A DNA stretch of 64,000 bases from Coriobacteriales bacterium (GTDB taxonomy: Bacteria; Actinomycetota; Coriobacteriia; Coriobacteriales; QAMH01). Positions 55,854-64,000 of the stretch are shown here, one piece after another. The DNA lies in the NCBI GenBank assembly GCA_051876105.1, contig JBJEHN010000045.1, forward strand, positions 13,010-77,009, given 5' to 3'. Under the pieces are notes generated by a model. The model saw nothing but the letters and a program-made list of their open reading frames with translations, had not been told where the DNA came from and made no database searches. The stretch's first letter is position 1, and each line of letters begins with the position of its first letter. The translations under genes and the position numbers were made by a program.

Positions 55854-56183
55854 TCAGCCGCGCAGGGACGGGTCGGGGACGTAGCGGACTTCGAGGGCGT
55901 CCATCTGGGCGATGACGGGGCGTGCTTCGTCGACGAAGTGCTTGCCGCGCGGGGTGAGCTTGGCGCCCTGGGGCGTTCGCTCGAAGATCTGGAAGTTAAC
56001 GGCGTACTCCACCTCTGCAACGCCGGCAGAGACGGTGGGCTGCGAGACGAACATCTTCTTTGCCGCGCCGGTGAACGAGCCGGCGTCTGCGACGGCGAGG
56101 ACGTACCTCAGGTGCAAGAACCTCAATGGGGTGCCCTTCTGTGCGGGCACGGCGGCGAGCGGCGCCGTGCGGGCTGCGAACAC
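55854..56183 (-). CDS. LysR-family regulator, HTH domain only (truncated; likely start TTG 56126)
   Basis: LRFLHLRYVLAVADAGSFTGAAKKMFVSQPTVS matches the LysR wHTH. The ORF stops after about 90-109 aa, whereas LysR proteins are about 300 aa. No effector-binding domain follows. Confidence 0.6.
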   Translation of the reverse strand: MFAARTAPLAAVPAQKGTPLRFLHLRYVLAVADAGSFTGAAKKMFVSQPTVSAGVAEVEYAVNFQIFERTPQGAKLTPRGKHFVDEARPVIAQMDALEVRYVPDPSLRG

Positions 56184-56425
56184 CCCGAATGAAACACCTG
56201 CAAGATTAAGCGTATCGGCAAAAACTATCGCTCAATCGGCGGCAAACGGCGATATTCGCCCAAAACTACCCTTCTGACCTGCGGCTATAGTTCTTTTTTA
56301 TAACGACGGGCTATAGATTCTCTCGATTTTGCCCGCTTGACCTCCTCCTCAACAATGTGTTCAAGCACCTGGGCCGTGCCATTTGGCAACCCGGGCACGG
56401 CAACTATTCATTGGAGGTCATCACC

Positions 56426-57487
56426 ATGCAAAACGCACTCAACCGCAGGCAGTTCCTGAGCCTGGCAGGCGCCGCAGCGGCGGCGACGGTCGCCTCTGGC
56501 GTGCTGGCAGGCTGCGGCGGCAACGGCGGCAGCTCCAGCTCCGAGGCCGAGCAGACTACGTCCGTCACCATCACCAACGTCTCCTACGACCCCACCCGCG
56601 AGCTCTACGAGGCCTACAACCAGCTCTTCCACGACTACTACCTCGACAAGACCGGCATCGACGTGACAGTCGAGCAGTCCCACGGCGGCAGCGGCGGGCA
56701 GTCGCGCTCTGTTGTCGAGGGCGCAGCCGCAGACGTCGTGACCCTGGCCCTCGAGCACGACATCACCGCCATCGAGGAGGCCGGCCTTATCGATCCGGGC
56801 TGGCTGAGCGAGTTCAGCCTCGACTCCTCGCCCTATGTCTCGAGCATCGTGCTGCTGGTGAGGGCCGGCAACCCCAAGGGCATCAAGGACTGGGACGACC
56901 TGGTCAAAGAAGGCGTCGAGGTCATTCACCCGGACCCCAAGTCCTCCGGCGGCGCAGACTGGAACTTCCTGGCGGCCTGGTACTACGCCCAGAACAAGTT
57001 CGACAACGACGAGGAGAAGGTCAAGCAGTTCATGCACGACCTCTTCGCCAACGTCATCGTGATGGACTCCGGCGCCCGCGCGGCCACCACCACCTTCGTG
57101 GAAAACGGCCAGGGCGACGTCTTGGTGGCCTGGGAGAACGAGGCCATCGCCTCCAAGCAGGAGTACCCGGACGACTATGAGATCGTCAACCCCAGCATCT
57201 CCATCCTCTGCCAGCCCTCTGTGGCCGTCGTCGACGCCAACGCGCGCGACAACGGCACCGAGCAGGTTGCACACGATTATCTCGAGTACCTCTACAGCGA
57301 TGAAGCGCAGGAGATCATCGGCCAGTACGGCTACCGCCCCTCCAACGAGGACATCCTGGAGAAGTACGCGGACAAGTACGACCTCGACATCGAGCTCTGC
57401 ACGATCGACGACTTCGGCGGGTGGAACGAGGCCTACCAGACCTTCTTCGCCGACGGCGGTATCTTCGACGAGATCTACGAGGCCTAA
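56426..57487 (+). CDS. Sulfate/thiosulfate ABC transporter substrate-binding lipoprotein (Tat-type signal)
   Basis: MQNALNRRQFLSLAGAAAAATVASGVLAGCGG has a twin-Arg motif plus a lipobox. The mature part resembles Sbp/CysP. GGAGG RBS. Confidence 0.85.
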   Translation: MQNALNRRQFLSLAGAAAAATVASGVLAGCGGNGGSSSSEAEQTTSVTITNVSYDPTRELYEAYNQLFHDYYLDKTGIDVTVEQSHGGSGGQSRSVVEGAAADVVTLALEHDITAIEEAGLIDPGWLSEFSLDSSPYVSSIVLLVRAGNPKGIKDWDDLVKEGVEVIHPDPKSSGGADWNFLAAWYYAQNKFDNDEEKVKQFMHDLFANVIVMDSGARAATTTFVENGQGDVLVAWENEAIASKQEYPDDYEIVNPSISILCQPSVAVVDANARDNGTEQVAHDYLEYLYSDEAQEIIGQYGYRPSNEDILEKYADKYDLDIELCTIDDFGGWNEAYQTFFADGGIFDEIYEA

Positions 57488-59206
57488 GTGGCCGCCCATC
57501 GTACATACAGCAAGAGCGTGATCCCGGGCTTTGGGCTCACGCTCGGTGTCACCTTGAGCATGCTGAGCGTGCTCATCCTGATCCCGCTGCTCTCCGTGCT
57601 GGGGTTCTCGTTCACGCTGAGCCCCAGCGAGTTCGCCGCGGTCATCGCGCAGCCGGCGGTTGCCCGGGCCTTTGCCACGAGCATCGGCTGCGCGCTGGTC
57701 GCAGCGCTGGTCAACGCGGTGTTCGGCCTGATCTTGGCCTGGGTGCTCACGCGCTACCGCTTCCCGGGCAGGCGCATCCTGGACGGCCTCATCGAGCTGC
57801 CCTTCGCCCTGCCCACGGCCGTCGCGGGCATCACGCTCTCCAAGATGTTCGTTGACACCGGCGAGATAGGCGGCCCGCTCGCGGCGCTGGGCATCGAGGT
57901 CGCCTACACGCACCTGGGCATCATCGTGGCGCTGATCTTCGTGGGCGTGCCCTTTGTGGTGCGCACGGTGCAGCCGGTGCTCGAGGACCTCGACGGCCAG
58001 ATGGAGGAGGCGGCCCACATGCTGGGCGCCTCGCGCCTGCGCACCTTCTTCAAGGTGATCCTGCCGGAGCTGCTGCCGCCGCTGCTGGCGGGCTTTGGCC
58101 TGGCGCTGGCGCGCGGTATCGGCGAGTACGGCTCCGTCATCTACATCAGCGGCAACTCCGCCAAGAACGGCACGCAGGTGGTGAGCTACATCATCATGCA
58201 GAAGCTCAACGGCGGTGCGGCGTCCTACGACGAGGCCGCTGCCGTGGCCTTGGTCCTGCTCGTCATCAGCTTCATCCTGCTGTTTGGGATCAACTTCGTG
58301 CAGAACTGGGCGGCGCACCGGGCGGGCGACGCCACGGGCGTGCGCGCCGAGGCCTCCCCGGCGGCAACCCAGGGCAACAGGGCGGCGCGCATCCTGTTTG
58401 CGGCCCTGGCAGTGCTCTTCATCGTGTTCGTTCTCGTGCTGCCCTTGTTCAGCGTGATCGCCAAGAGCCTGGTGCGCGGCTTCGAGTTCTACGTGCAGGC
58501 TGTCTCGACCAAGTACGTGGTCAGCGCCTTGCGCGTCACCCTGACGGCGGCCGTCATCACGGTGGTGGTGAACACCTTCTTCGGGCTGGTGGCCTCGTGG
58601 CTGCTCACCAAGTACCGCTTCAGGGGGCAGCGCTTCCTGGGGACGCTCATCGACATCCCGTTCTCCATCAGCCCCGTCATCGCCGGCCTGGCCTTCGTGA
58701 TGACCTTTGGGCGCATGGGCTGGGCAGCGCCGGCGCTTGATGCAATCAACAACGCCCTGGGCACCGATATCGCCCTGGTCTTCAGCGTGCCGGGCGTGGT
58801 GCTGGCGACGATCTTTGTCACCTTCCCCTTTGTGAGCCGCGAGCTGGTGCCCGTCATGAACTCGCAGGGCAACGACGAGGAGGAGGCAGCGGCGCTGATG
58901 GGCGCCAGCGGCTTCAGGATATTCCGCGAGGTGACCTTCCCCAAGATCAAGTGGGCCCTCCTGTACGGCGTGGTGCTCTGCGCTGCGCGCGCCATCGGGG
59001 AGTTCGGCGCGGTGAGCGCGCTTTCCAAGACGCGCGGCGCGACCTTCACGCTGCCGCTCGAGGTCGACGCGCTCTACATGAACGGCTCGAGCGACTCCAT
59101 CACCGCCGCCTTCGCCGTGAGTTCCATCCTTGTGATCATCGCGCTTGTGATCTTGGTGCTGCGCCAGGTGATCGAGACGCGCGCCCAGAAGAGGGAGAGT
59201 CGATAG
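57488..59206 (+). CDS. Fused sulfate ABC transporter permease CysT-CysW (single 572-aa ORF, GTG start)
   Basis: Two complete permease modules, each with a LTKYRF.G..FL..LI..PF. context, joined by linker WAAHRAGDATGVRAEASPAATQGN. No stop codon between them. Confidence 0.8.
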   Translation: MAAHRTYSKSVIPGFGLTLGVTLSMLSVLILIPLLSVLGFSFTLSPSEFAAVIAQPAVARAFATSIGCALVAALVNAVFGLILAWVLTRYRFPGRRILDGLIELPFALPTAVAGITLSKMFVDTGEIGGPLAALGIEVAYTHLGIIVALIFVGVPFVVRTVQPVLEDLDGQMEEAAHMLGASRLRTFFKVILPELLPPLLAGFGLALARGIGEYGSVIYISGNSAKNGTQVVSYIIMQKLNGGAASYDEAAAVALVLLVISFILLFGINFVQNWAAHRAGDATGVRAEASPAATQGNRAARILFAALAVLFIVFVLVLPLFSVIAKSLVRGFEFYVQAVSTKYVVSALRVTLTAAVITVVVNTFFGLVASWLLTKYRFRGQRFLGTLIDIPFSISPVIAGLAFVMTFGRMGWAAPALDAINNALGTDIALVFSVPGVVLATIFVTFPFVSRELVPVMNSQGNDEEEAAALMGASGFRIFREVTFPKIKWALLYGVVLCAARAIGEFGAVSALSKTRGATFTLPLEVDALYMNGSSDSITAAFAVSSILVIIALVILVLRQVIETRAQKRESR

Positions 59207-60283
59207 ATGTACGTAGAAGTGAAGAACGTGAACAAGAGCTTTGGGGACTTCAAGGCCCTCGACGATGTGAGCTTTGGCATCGAGCAGGGCGAGCTTGCGG
59301 CCCTGCTGGGCCCCAGCGGCAGCGGCAAGACCACCATCCTGCGCGCAATCGCCGGCCTGGAGGGCATCGACAGCGGCGACATCCTCATCGACGGCCGGCG
59401 CGTCAACGACGTCCCTGGCTCAAAGCGCGGCATCGGCTTCGTGTTCCAGAGCTACGCGCTGTTCCGCTATATGACGGTCGAGGACAACATCGCCTTCGGC
59501 CTCAAGGTGCAAAAGTGCGACAAAGCCCAGGTCAAGGCCCGTGTTGCCGAGCTCATCGAGCTGGTGGGCCTGGCCGGCATGGAGAAGCGCTACCCCAATC
59601 AGCTTTCCGGCGGGCAGCGCCAGCGCGTGGCCTTTGCGCGTGCCCTGGCCCCCGAGCCCCACGTGCTGCTGCTGGACGAGCCCTTCGCCGCCATCGACGC
59701 CAAGGTGCGCCAGGAGCTGCGCCTGTGGCTCAAGGGCATGATCAAGCAGCTGGGCATCACGAGCATCTTCGTCACGCACGATCAAGACGAGGCGCTGGAG
59801 GTCTCCGACCACATCATCGTGATGGACCAGGGCACCATCCAGCAGGTGGGCACACCGCTGCAGGTGTACGCTCAGCCCCAGACCGCCTTCGTGGCGCAGT
59901 TCGCGGGCAACTCGCCCGTCATCACCGGCTTCGAGCGCATACGCGGCTTCGAGGGCTTTGCGCCGCGCCCAGACGAGGGTGTCTCTGCGGTGGTGAGGCC
60001 GGAGTTCGTTGAGGCGTTCAAGCTCGACAACGCCGAGTACGCGCCGCTGCTGGACGCGAGCAGCGAGGGAACGATCACGGACATCCTGTTCAGGGGCGAC
60101 CACTACGAGCTGCAGCTGGACGTGCAGGGCATCCCCCTCACCGTGAGGCGCGCCCTGGGCCGCCGCCCGGTTGGGGTGGGGGAGCGCCTGCGCGTGGTGG
60201 TGCGCAAGCTCTATGCCATCAAGGGTGCCGACGTGCGCCTGATCGACAACCCCCTGCTGGAGGGCGTCTCCCTCAAGGACTAG
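59207..60283 (+). CDS. cysA: Sulfate ABC transporter ATP-binding protein CysA
   Basis: GPSGSGKTT, LSGGQRQRVAFARAL and LLLDEP, plus the C-terminal TOBE-like domain. Confidence 0.9.
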   Translation: MYVEVKNVNKSFGDFKALDDVSFGIEQGELAALLGPSGSGKTTILRAIAGLEGIDSGDILIDGRRVNDVPGSKRGIGFVFQSYALFRYMTVEDNIAFGLKVQKCDKAQVKARVAELIELVGLAGMEKRYPNQLSGGQRQRVAFARALAPEPHVLLLDEPFAAIDAKVRQELRLWLKGMIKQLGITSIFVTHDQDEALEVSDHIIVMDQGTIQQVGTPLQVYAQPQTAFVAQFAGNSPVITGFERIRGFEGFAPRPDEGVSAVVRPEFVEAFKLDNAEYAPLLDASSEGTITDILFRGDHYELQLDVQGIPLTVRRALGRRPVGVGERLRVVVRKLYAIKGADVRLIDNPLLEGVSLKD

Positions 60284-60415
60284 CTTGGGGCTGCTATTCA
60301 ACGAGTTGGAATCAGATGGGGTGTAATCCCTGATATGGGCGGCTTTGTGCTTGCCTTTGGCTGTGACTGCGTTATTCTGTCAAAACCCATTTTGTCAATT
60401 GCGTTGGAGATAACC

Positions 60416-61069
60416 GTGAGCATAAATCGGCAAGCAGCAAGCGAAGAAGAGTCCACTGCCGTTCAGCAGCCTGCAGCTGCCGCTGGCTCCGTTGAAGAGC
60501 TCGACGAGGAGTGGGAGGCGCTCGACGCCGCTGCGGAAGAGCAAGAGCAGTTGGTCTTGGAGGAGATAGCCGCCGCCCGCGTTGAGAAGGCCAAGATGGA
60601 GGCCAAGGCCAAGGCGCGCGAAGAAGCCCTGGAGAAGGCCGCCGCCGAAGAGGCGGCAAAGGCCGAGGCCCGCGCCAAGGCAGCTGCGCCCGAAGAAGAG
60701 CTCACCGAGGAAGAGGTGCTGCTGAGGCGCGCCCGCATCGCCGCGCGCGACGGCGTCCAGCTGCGCCGCACCATGAAGATGGGCATCTTCTTCGCCGCAC
60801 TGGGCGTGGTCGAGGCCATCTTCGGCTTCATGGGCGGCAACCTGCTGGTGGGTGGAGTGGGCGTGGTGCTCGCCATCGCCTGCGCAGCCTACGTGCTCGC
60901 TAACCGCCCGCGCGTGAAGGCCGCCGTGGAGCACTTCAACATACTCAACGCAGAGCTCGAGGAGTGCCGCGTGCGCAACTCCAAGCCCAGCGACGCCCCC
61001 AGCGTCGACGAGCTCATCGAGGAACACGAGCGCGAGAAGCGGCAGAAGCGCGAGAAGCGCACTCGCTAG
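60416..61069 (+). CDS. Hypothetical coiled-coil membrane protein
   Basis: Acidic/Ala-Lys-Glu-rich N-terminal half, two TM helices and a basic tail. GTG 60416 with a GGAG RBS is preferred. The ORF is open from ATG 60335, but that part has low third-position G/C. Confidence 0.5.
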   Translation: MSINRQAASEEESTAVQQPAAAAGSVEELDEEWEALDAAAEEQEQLVLEEIAAARVEKAKMEAKAKAREEALEKAAAEEAAKAEARAKAAAPEEELTEEEVLLRRARIAARDGVQLRRTMKMGIFFAALGVVEAIFGFMGGNLLVGGVGVVLAIACAAYVLANRPRVKAAVEHFNILNAELEECRVRNSKPSDAPSVDELIEEHEREKRQKREKRTR

Positions 61070-61101
61070 GGGCCGCCTGCACCCCATACGCCTTTGGAAA
61101 T

Positions 61102-61130
61102 GGGACAGTGGGGACGTACCCCACTGTCCC
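61102..61130. terminator. Perfect 12-bp hairpin (terminator-like or operator)
   Basis: GGGACAGTGGGG-ACGTA-CCCCACTGTCCC. A third CACTGTCCC copy follows at 61133-61141. No U-tract. Confidence 0.4.
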
Positions 61131-61203
61131 ACCACTGTCCCATTCTTGTGTCACAGGGGTGGGGTAGGATGGATGCCCGAGAGATCGAGGAGAAAGGCCG
61201 CAC

Positions 61204-63789
61204 ATGAGCTTGCAAGAACCCGCTGCCCAGCAGGAGCCCCAGCAGGAGGCCGGCGCCTACGGCTCGCTGGGCGCCCTGGCAGACCGCATCTGGGACGAGC
61301 AGGGCCAGGCCGCAGACGGGGCAGACATCTTCGAGGCCTTCATCGAGTGGGCGCAAGGCCGCGGCATCGAGCTGTGGCCCCACCAGGAAGACGCGCTGCT
61401 CGCCCTCATGAGCGGCAACCACGTCATCTTGGGAACGCCCACAGGCTCCGGCAAGTCGCTGGTGGCGCTGGGCATGCACTTCCTGGCGCTGTGCCGTGAC
61501 CAGGTCTCCTTCTACACCGCGCCCATCAAGGCGCTGGTGAGCGAGAAGTTCTTCCAGCTGTGCGAATACTTCGGGCGCGACTACGTGGGCATGATCACGG
61601 GTGACAGCTCCATCAACCCCACGGCACCCATCATCTGCTGCACGGCAGAGATCCTGGCAAACCGCGCCCTGGCAGAAGGCCCCGGCGCAGACATAGCCTA
61701 TGCCGCCATGGACGAGTTCCACTTCTATGCAGATGTGGACCGCGGCTGGGCCTGGCAGGTCCCGCTCATCGAGCTCACCAACACCGGCTTCTTGCTCATG
61801 AGCGCCACGCTGGGGGACACCTCGGCCATCGCCGCCCAGCTGCAGGAGCGCAGCGGCCGCAGCGTGGACGTGGTGGCCAACGCCCCGCGCCCCGTGCCCC
61901 TCAGCTTCGAGTACACAGACACGGCGCTGGAGGGTACGGTGGAGCTCGCCCTGCGCGCGGGGGACGCCCCCATCTACATCGTGCACTTCTCGCAGGACGC
62001 GGCGCTCAACTCCGCCCAGGCGCTTGCCAGCTACGGCGTGGCCGGCAAGGAGCAGCGCGCCGCCATCAAGGAGGCCTGCAAGGGCACCAGCTTCAACACG
62101 GCCTTCGGCAAGATACTGCAGCGTCTGCTGGGCTGCGGTGTGGGCGTGCACCACGCGGGCATGCTGCCGCGCTACCGCCTGCTGGTGGAAAAGCTCGCCC
62201 AGGAGGGCCTGCTGCCGGTCATCTGCGGTACAGACACCCTGGGCGTTGGGATCAACGTGCCCATCCACACCGTGCTGCTCACGGCGCTCACCAAGTTCGA
62301 CGGCCGCAAGCAGCGCCGCCTCAACGCGCGCGAGTTCCACCAGATCGCCGGGCGCGCCGGGCGCAGCGGCTTTGACACAGAGGGCATGGTCATCGCCCTG
62401 GCCCCCGAGCACGAGATAGAGAACGCCAAGCTCAGGGCCAAGGCGGCCGGAGACCCCAAGAAGCTGCGCAAGCTCAAGCTCAAGAGCGCGCCGGAGAACT
62501 TCGTCAACTGGAACCAGACCAGCTACCAGAACCTCATAGACGCCGTGCCAGAGGCCCTCAAGCCGCGCATGCGCATCACCCATTCGATGGTGCTCAACAT
62601 ACTTGAGCGCGGTGGGGACGCGCGCGCCCGGGTCGAGGAGCTCATCGCCGCCAGCCATCAGGACGATGCAGGCAAGGAGAAGCTGCGCACGCGCGCGGAG
62701 GAGATATTCACCACCCTCATCGAGGCCGGCGTGGTGGAGGTCCTGGAAGACGAGGACGGCAACCCGGACTACGTCACCACGGTGGACATGCCGCGCGACT
62801 TTGCGCTCGACCAGCCGCTCTCGCCCTTCCTGCTGGCGGCGCTGGAGCTGCTCGACCCGCAAGACGAGAGCTACGCGCTGGATGTTGTGAGCATGGCGGA
62901 GTCCACGCTGGAGCAGCCGCGCCAGATCCTGCGCGCCCAGGAGCGCCGCGCGAAAGACAAGGCCATGGCCCAGATGAAGGCAGACGGCGTGGACTACGAC
63001 GAGCGCCTGGAGAAGATCCAGGAGGTCAGCTACCCCAAGCCGCTCGAGGAGCTGCTGGAGGGTGCGTTCTCCATGTACTGCGAGAAGGTGCCCTGGGCGC
63101 GCGACTACGAGGTCAACCCCAAGAGCGTCCTGCGCGAGATGCTCGAGACGGGGGACACCTTCAAGAGCTACGTCTCTGCCTACGGCATCGCCCGCAGCGA
63201 GGGCCTGCTGCTGCGCTATCTGAGCGACGCCTTCCGCGTGCTGGATCGCACCATCCCGCTGGACAAGCGCAACGAGCAGCTGGAGGACATCGTGGCCTGG
63301 CTGGGCGTGGTGGTGCGCAGCGTCGACTCCTCGCTGGTGGACGAATGGGCTGGCATGGGAGAAGGCGCAGAGACCGCGCCTCCCACCGCGGAGGACGTGG
63401 TGGTGGCAGACCGCCGCGGCATGCGCGTGCTGGTGCGCAACGCCCTCTTCCAGCGCGTGCGCCTGGCCGCCCTGGATCGCGCAGACGAGCTGGGCCGCAT
63501 GGACCTGGACTGGGGCTTTGGCGAGCGCAAGTGGCGCGCTGCCCTGGAGGAGTTCTACGAGCAGCACGAGGAGCTGCGCATCGACGCAGACGCCCGCAGC
63601 GCCGCCTTTCTCAGCATCGACGAGTCCGGCGAGCAGGCCAGCCACCTGTGGCATGTGCGCCAGATCTTCTGCGATGGGGAGGGCGACCACGACTTCCGCA
63701 TCGAGGCAGACGTCGACCTCGATGCAACGCAAGACGGCGGCGAGGTCGTCTTCACCAACTACCGCGTGGGCTTCTTCGAGGAGCTCTAG
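61204..63789 (+). CDS. Superfamily-2 DEAD/DEAH-box helicase (Ski2/Lhr-like with long C-terminal domain, DUF3516-type)
   Basis: Motif I GTPTGSGKS, motif II DEFH, SAT, HHAGMLP and QIAGRAGRSG. 861 aa. Confidence 0.8.
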   Translation: MSLQEPAAQQEPQQEAGAYGSLGALADRIWDEQGQAADGADIFEAFIEWAQGRGIELWPHQEDALLALMSGNHVILGTPTGSGKSLVALGMHFLALCRDQVSFYTAPIKALVSEKFFQLCEYFGRDYVGMITGDSSINPTAPIICCTAEILANRALAEGPGADIAYAAMDEFHFYADVDRGWAWQVPLIELTNTGFLLMSATLGDTSAIAAQLQERSGRSVDVVANAPRPVPLSFEYTDTALEGTVELALRAGDAPIYIVHFSQDAALNSAQALASYGVAGKEQRAAIKEACKGTSFNTAFGKILQRLLGCGVGVHHAGMLPRYRLLVEKLAQEGLLPVICGTDTLGVGINVPIHTVLLTALTKFDGRKQRRLNAREFHQIAGRAGRSGFDTEGMVIALAPEHEIENAKLRAKAAGDPKKLRKLKLKSAPENFVNWNQTSYQNLIDAVPEALKPRMRITHSMVLNILERGGDARARVEELIAASHQDDAGKEKLRTRAEEIFTTLIEAGVVEVLEDEDGNPDYVTTVDMPRDFALDQPLSPFLLAALELLDPQDESYALDVVSMAESTLEQPRQILRAQERRAKDKAMAQMKADGVDYDERLEKIQEVSYPKPLEELLEGAFSMYCEKVPWARDYEVNPKSVLREMLETGDTFKSYVSAYGIARSEGLLLRYLSDAFRVLDRTIPLDKRNEQLEDIVAWLGVVVRSVDSSLVDEWAGMGEGAETAPPTAEDVVVADRRGMRVLVRNALFQRVRLAALDRADELGRMDLDWGFGERKWRAALEEFYEQHEELRIDADARSAAFLSIDESGEQASHLWHVRQIFCDGEGDHDFRIEADVDLDATQDGGEVVFTNYRVGFFEEL

Positions 63790-63924
63790 GCGCGCTGCGG
63801 CGGGTTTGCCCGCGTGCGGGCAGCGGGCTCCATGCGCTGCGGCAACGGCTTGCTGCGGCTGCTTGAGCGCGCTTGCGAGCAGGTGTTAGGATAATCAGCC
63901 TGATTCACGGCTGGAGGAGTGTGT

Positions 63925-64000
63925 ATGGACCAGGTATTCCAAGAAGAGCAGGCTCACCTGAGGGAGACCTACGGCAAGCTGCTGCAGATCGAGGAGGAGA
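63925..64000 (+). CDS. 5' end of a gene (partial; MDQVFQEEQAHLRETYGKLLQIEEE), possibly a HelD/UvrD-like helicase
   Basis: GGAGGAG RBS 6 nt before ATG 63925. The functional guess rests only on the N-terminal style. Confidence 0.3.
   Translation, partial: MDQVFQEEQAHLRETYGKLLQIEEE

Noticed and set aside
61066-63732. 888-aa ORF antisense to the SF2 helicase
   Set aside because: The sense strand carries complete helicase motifs I-VI. The antisense translation is compositionally biased and motif-free.

Overview
This is a 64-kb window from a high-GC chromosome (about 65% GC, with third codon positions almost always G/C). Gene order and protein sequences suggest Actinomycetota, possibly Coriobacteriia, but that is inference only. 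Content is mostly housekeeping.

- **1-16 kb:** ygiQ-type radical SAM gene, TSUP permease, trmB, a C26 amidotransferase, nifS-nifU, trxA, corA, a hypothetical gene plus cstA, vsr, a small ferredoxin-thioredoxin-reductase-like protein, bioY-birA and pta.
- **16.4-35.7 kb:** one continuous str/S10/spc/alpha ribosomal cluster (rpsL, rpsG, fusA, rpsJ ... secY, adk, map, infA, rpmJ, rpsM, rpsK, rpsD, rpoA, rplQ). It has no tuf gene and carries several internal terminator/promoter modules.
- **35.7-64 kb:** ecfT alone, truA, acpP plus a FabD-like gene, two membrane proteins, maf, divergent ppk2/ppk1, addB/addA, a second TSUP permease, PBP1A, tRNA-His plus two tRNA-Lys(CTT), a LysR fragment, a sulfate ABC transporter with fused cysTW, a coiled-coil membrane protein, and a DEAD/DEAH helicase.

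I saw no transposase, integrase, CRISPR array, rRNA or obvious defence island, and nothing I would confidently call a new multi-gene system.

The observations most worth a second look are:
1. A 9 x 51-bp array, highly enriched in CCWGG and GAATTC and with atypical codon usage, sits in or in front of an orphan vsr gene.
2. The FabD-like protein next to acpP has lost both catalytic residues (GHSLG becomes GFGIG; His201 equivalent becomes Gly).
3. Three long, unrelated palindromic intergenic elements. One has 31-bp perfect terminal inverted repeats and lies between bioY and birA.
4. Two unannotated small ORFs.
5. Unusual punctuation of the ribosomal operons.

The many long antisense ORFs in the track are high-GC artefacts.
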